From an uncultured Polynucleobacter sp. (GTDB lineage Bacteria; Pseudomonadota; Gammaproteobacteria; Burkholderiales; Burkholderiaceae), in NCBI GenBank assembly GCA_964621735.1, contig CAZUMD010000001.1, positions 1-34,591 on the forward strand: 34,591 nucleotides of DNA, read 5' to 3'. Shown piece after piece: positions 30,738 to 34,591 of this stretch. The translations under genes were made by a program, and so were the position numbers. Positions within the stretch are counted from its first letter, which is position 1. Each line of letters begins with the position of its first letter. The notes beneath the pieces were generated by a model, which made no database searches, had not been told where the DNA came from, and saw nothing but the letters and a program-made list of their open reading frames with translations.

Positions 30738-30814
30738 AGCCCTCAATTATAGCGTGAACTTGGTATTTTTGGCCTATTTAGGCACTAAACAGCACAAAAG
30801 TGCTATTTTTAAGC

Positions 30815-31768
30815 TTATTCCGCAAACATCGACATGACCGAATCGCCTTTGGTGATGCGGGAGAGTGTTTCAGCCAGGATGGGGGCAACGCTAAGCTGGC
30901 GAATTTTCTTGATCTGCAAGGCTTCGTCGGTCAAGGGAATGGTATCGGTAACCACCAGTTCATCCAGTTGTGAGGCGGCAATACGGGCAACTGCACCGCC
31001 GGACAAGACGGCGTGAGTACAGTAGGCCGTAACGCCCTTGGCACCGCGCTCTTTGAGGGCTTCTGCTGCCTTACAGAGCGTTCCGCCGGTATCGATGATG
31101 TCATCCATGATGACGCAGTGACGGCCTTCTACCTCACCAATCAGGTGCATGACTTCAGATACATTGGCTTTGGGGCGACGTTTATCAATAATCGCTAAAT
31201 CGCAGCCCAACTGTTTCGCCATCGCGCGAGCACGAACAACGCCGCCAATATCCGGAGAAACAATGATGAGGTCTTTGCCTTTTTGCTGTTGCAGGTCGGC
31301 AAGGAGGACAGGGGAGGCATAAATGTTATCGACGGGGATATCAAAAAAGCCCTGAATTTGGTCTGCATGGAGGTCCATGGTTAAGACGCGCTCAATGCCG
31401 GCAACCGATTGCAGCATATTGGCCACAATTCGGGCAGAGATGGCAACCCGCGCAGAACGTGGGCGACGGTCTTGACGTGCATAACCAAAGTAAGGGATCA
31501 CTGCCGTTATGCGGCTTGCAGATGCTCGTTTTAGAGCATCGATCATAATCATCAGCTCCATCAAATTGTCATTGGTGGGAGCACACGTCGATTGAATCAC
31601 GACGACATTCTTACCACGCACATTTTCTTGAATTTCAACCTGAATCTCACCGTCCGAGAACCGACCGACAAAAGCCTTGCCGATGGGAAGATTCAATTCT
31701 TTGGCTACTGCATTGGCTAAAACAGAGTTTGCATTGCCAGTAAAGAGAGTCAAAAATTCAGCATTCAT
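30815..31768 (-). CDS. prs: Ribose-phosphate pyrophosphokinase
   Basis: [27 protein letters not shown] and DDIIDTGGT. Confidence 0.97.
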   Translation of the reverse strand: MNAEFLTLFTGNANSVLANAVAKELNLPIGKAFVGRFSDGEIQVEIQENVRGKNVVVIQSTCAPTNDNLMELMIMIDALKRASASRITAVIPYFGYARQDRRPRSARVAISARIVANMLQSVAGIERVLTMDLHADQIQGFFDIPVDNIYASPVLLADLQQQKGKDLIIVSPDIGGVVRARAMAKQLGCDLAIIDKRRPKANVSEVMHLIGEVEGRHCVIMDDIIDTGGTLCKAAEALKERGAKGVTAYCTHAVLSGGAVARIAASQLDELVVTDTIPLTDEALQIKKIRQLSVAPILAETLSRITKGDSVMSMFAE

Positions 31769-31842
31769 GATGGCAGTTTGGCTTATGAAGGTTTGGGGGA
31801 TTTAGATAGAATATCGCATGGCTTGTGATTCAGAAAAAAAGT

Positions 31843-31919
31843 TGGCAGGGGAAGAAGGATTCGAACCTTCGCATGCTGGAATCAAAATCCAGTGCCTTAA
31901 CCAGCTTGGCGATTCCCCT
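31843..31919 (-). tRNA. tRNA-Gln (UUG)
   Basis: Acceptor stem AGGGGAA/TTCCCCT, anticodon arm CTGGA-TT-TTG-AT-TCCAG, GGTTCGAATCC T-arm and encoded CCA; usual ispE-tRNAGln-prs position. Confidence 0.96.
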
Positions 31920-31925
31920 ACAGTG

Positions 31926-32804
31926 TCAATCTGAAGATATGGAATTGTAAGCGGGATTTTTATTTATCCCCCGGACAATCCGGCCTATCCACTCCCGAGG
32001 TAGATTTTGCAATAGAGCGGCGGCACTTGCACCGTCAAGCTGGCTCGGAAGCGCAGCAAAGACGCTACTACCAGAACCCGACATTTGGGGCTTAGCGCTT
32101 GGCAGGGCCTTGGTGATCCAATCTATTGCATCCTTCACTTCAGGACAAATCTGCATCGCTACCGCCTGACAGTCATTGGTATACGCCAGATGAGGCAGTG
32201 GAGACGCAAGAAAGCGGTCTATTGTAATCGGGGCGTGATTACGGGTCAATTCAGGGTGCGCAAAAAGCGCTTTGGTGGCAATGCCGCGATTGGGGAAAAT
32301 CACGATAAAGTCTTGCTCGGGCAGGGTAATCGCCTGAATTACTTCGCCAATTCCCTCCACAAAGGCATTGCTTCCATGGATAAAGAAAGGCACATCGGCG
32401 CCCAATTTCAGGCCCAGCGCCATTAGCTCTGGGCGCGAAAGATGAAGGTTCCAGAGGTGATTTAGGCCAATTAAGGTAGAGGCGGCATCGGATGACCCTC
32501 CGCCCAGGCCAGCCCCTACCGGTAATGTTTTGTTGAGGGTCATTTCAACGCCCATCACCACATTGCACTCGCGTTGCAGCAGAGTTGCTGCGCGAACCAC
32601 CAAGTCATCGCCTGCAGCGATGCCAGGAACCGGGTTGATGCGGGAAATGCGATTGCTGCTCGTTCTCGTAAGCGTAAGGCTATCGCACCAATCAATTAAC
32701 TGAAAAGCGGATTGCAGCAGATGGTAGCCATCGTGCCTGCGGCCAACAATGTGCAGAAATAAATTGAGTTTGGCGGGCGCTAAAAGGGTAAGCGTATCAG
32801 TCAT
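31926..32804 (-). CDS. ispE: 4-diphosphocytidyl-2-C-methyl-D-erythritol kinase
   Basis: APAKLNLFL, GYHLLQS, PVGAGLGGGSSDAA, GADVPFF and MSGSGS; ATG 32804. Confidence 0.96.
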   Translation of the reverse strand: MTDTLTLLAPAKLNLFLHIVGRRHDGYHLLQSAFQLIDWCDSLTLTRTSSNRISRINPVPGIAAGDDLVVRAATLLQRECNVVMGVEMTLNKTLPVGAGLGGGSSDAASTLIGLNHLWNLHLSRPELMALGLKLGADVPFFIHGSNAFVEGIGEVIQAITLPEQDFIVIFPNRGIATKALFAHPELTRNHAPITIDRFLASPLPHLAYTNDCQAVAMQICPEVKDAIDWITKALPSAKPQMSGSGSSVFAALPSQLDGASAAALLQNLPREWIGRIVRGINKNPAYNSISSD

Positions 32805-34302
32805 CAATTTGATCAAAAACAAGGCGGATATCGATGGGCCCCGTTTTCGTGTTTCGGGTCATATTCAGTTTTTCTAGCTTACTGCTGGATTCGCCCCAAA
32901 CGTAGGATAGGTTCCATCCATCTTGACTGATTTTCGAAACAATACCACTGGGACTGCGCTCTAAGCTGGCTGGGCTACCAGGCCTCACTTGGCCGCGCAA
33001 CCAGTCCGATAAACCGCGCGCAGGTAAAGGAAGTCCTAATGCAGACTGAATCAGGGTGTCTGCATCAATCGCTTTGCTTATTTTGCCGCCGCGCTCCAAC
33101 ACTGCTTCACCCGGGGTAATGGTAATTTTTGCAATCGAGCCGCCGACTGGATTTCGAATTTCTAAGATGTCGTTTAGCGCATCTTGGCTGAGGGTGAAGC
33201 CACCAGAGCCGCCCTCCGCAGGCCGGTCAGCGCCGCCATTCATGCGAATGGAAAAACGGCCATCCCAAACAATCTTAGTGGACTGATTGGGCATCACCCA
33301 GTTGGGCTTGAAGCGTTTTAAGGTTTCACGCAAGGTGGCATTATTGGCATCCATTTTTTCAGCATCACGCCATGCGCCTTCAGCTGAGTTCAGATTGCCG
33401 ATGGCCCAATACACCTCACCTAAATGCGCCGATATTTCTGCCTCGGGCTTCATCTTGGTCGCCTGAGTGAGCTGGTCGCGTGCCAGCTCCAGTTTGCCCA
33501 TGCGGAAATTAACCCAGCCAAGACTATCTAAAATAAAGGCATCTTGTGGTGCCAGATTATGTGCCTTAGTAATGAGGGCAAAAGCTTCTGGCAGATTTTG
33601 CTTTCGATCCGCCATCGAGTAGCCCAGGGCATTCAAGGCATTGGCATCGTTCGGCGTTTTTTTCAGAATCTGCCGCAGGGTCGATTCCATCACATCAAAG
33701 CGGCCCGCTTTCTCCGCTGCCATCGCATAGGTATACAGAATGGCAGAGTCACTGGGCAAGGGTCTGAGTGCAGAAACAATATCAAAATACGCACGCATTG
33801 CTGCAGCCTCATCTGCGGCACGACCCAACAGTGGCTGGAACTGTTTCAAGGTGCGCTCTTGGCCCTCGGCATTTTGTTTTTGTAATAAAGCAATCGCGGG
33901 TTTTACGGAATCAGACCAGCGCTGATTCAGCATCAACAAGGTAACCAGTACTTCTTTTGGCTTTGTATCGGTTGCGGGAGCGAGTCTGTCCCATACGGTA
34001 GCTGCATCGAGAGCAAGCTCGGGGGCATTGGCTGCAATGGCAATTTCCATGGCGCGCTGTGCCAGCTGTGGATCGCCGGTTTGCCGGGCGAGGCTAAGGT
34101 AGGTTTGGTAGGCTAGCGCCGGTTCACCCCGCTGGAGGGCAATTTCAGAGGCCAAGATCTCAAAAACCTGTTCGCCAGTAGCGCCTTGGTTGCTGTGCGC
34201 CAATGAGGCCCAGCCGAGGCATACGCTAGCTACCAATAGCATGGCACGCTTGCGAGCAGGCAACAGGGTCTCAGCGAGGCGCAAATGCATTAAATGGAAC
34301 AT
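32797..34302 (-). CDS. lolB: TPR-repeat protein fused to a C-terminal LolB domain
   Basis: LASEIALQRG, ALNALGY and DSLGWV (TPR), then WDGRFS, LEIRNPVG, LGLPLP..LSDWLRG and QDGW (LolB); lolB position upstream of ispE. Start ATG 34302 or GTG 34308. Confidence 0.85.
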   Translation of the reverse strand: MFHLMHLRLAETLLPARKRAMLLVASVCLGWASLAHSNQGATGEQVFEILASEIALQRGEPALAYQTYLSLARQTGDPQLAQRAMEIAIAANAPELALDAATVWDRLAPATDTKPKEVLVTLLMLNQRWSDSVKPAIALLQKQNAEGQERTLKQFQPLLGRAADEAAAMRAYFDIVSALRPLPSDSAILYTYAMAAEKAGRFDVMESTLRQILKKTPNDANALNALGYSMADRKQNLPEAFALITKAHNLAPQDAFILDSLGWVNFRMGKLELARDQLTQATKMKPEAEISAHLGEVYWAIGNLNSAEGAWRDAEKMDANNATLRETLKRFKPNWVMPNQSTKIVWDGRFSIRMNGGADRPAEGGSGGFTLSQDALNDILEIRNPVGGSIAKITITPGEAVLERGGKISKAIDADTLIQSALGLPLPARGLSDWLRGQVRPGSPASLERSPSGIVSKISQDGWNLSYVWGESSSKLEKLNMTRNTKTGPIDIRLVFDQIDD

Positions 34303-34337
34303 AAGCACATTCTAATCTCCGAATCTACAATTCACCT
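34303..34337. promoter_or_regulatory. Back-to-back -10 boxes for TPR-lolB and mutM
   Basis: TAGAAT on the - strand (34309-34314) and TACAAT on the + strand (34326-34331), each 6 nt before an ATG. Confidence 0.62.
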
Positions 34338-34591
34338 ATGCCAGAACTCCCAGAAGTAGAAGTCACTCGCCTTGGAATACAACCGCACCTCGAGGGGGAG
34401 CGGATTACTGATGCCCTGATTATTGATGGCAGGTTGCGCTGGCCTGTACCGCGTAATCTACGGGCAATCTTGCTGGGCCAAACCCTCCACGGCATTGAAC
34501 GCAGGGGAAAGTATTTGTTATTGCAAATGGATCAAGGCTATTTACTGATCCATTTGGGCATGACGGGAGTTCTGCGGGTATTGCCAGTCAA
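34338..34591 (+). CDS. mutM: Formamidopyrimidine-DNA glycosylase (5' partial)
   Basis: MPELPEVE, LRWP, RRGKYLL and HLGMTG; runs off the window end. Confidence 0.95.
   Translation, partial: MPELPEVEVTRLGIQPHLEGERITDALIIDGRLRWPVPRNLRAILLGQTLHGIERRGKYLLLQMDQGYLLIHLGMTGVLRVLPV

Noticed and set aside
31769-31925. tRNA-Gln as an integration site
   Set aside because: No integrase, no duplicated tRNA 3' end, and ispE-tRNA-prs synteny is intact.

Overview
A gene-dense core-genome window from a betaproteobacterium. Gene order and compact spacing suggest Burkholderiaceae, most like Polynucleobacter (inference). Order: end of a TorF-like porin, glnK-amtB, gshA-gshB-EIIA-ptsH-ptsI, moeB/ctpA/gpmA, rhodanese-grxC-secB-gpsA, trmL/comF, a BioC-like methyltransferase, a heme-copper cytochrome c oxidase cluster with its assembly genes, rpoH with a perfect CIRCE, ftsY, an M16 peptidase pair-rsmD-coaD-ferredoxin, pth-rplY-prs-tRNA-Gln-ispE, a TPR-LolB fusion and the start of mutM. 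I see no mobile element, CRISPR array, prophage or defence island, and cannot support a wholly new multi-gene system. Three signals stand out: (1) an apparent in-frame 15-nt deletion of the conserved xGGxT motif in helix IX of oxidase subunit I; (2) a recurring TAnnnT-N6-ATG architecture implying leaderless mRNAs, often from very compact bidirectional promoters; (3) LolB fused behind a TPR protein with no lipobox.
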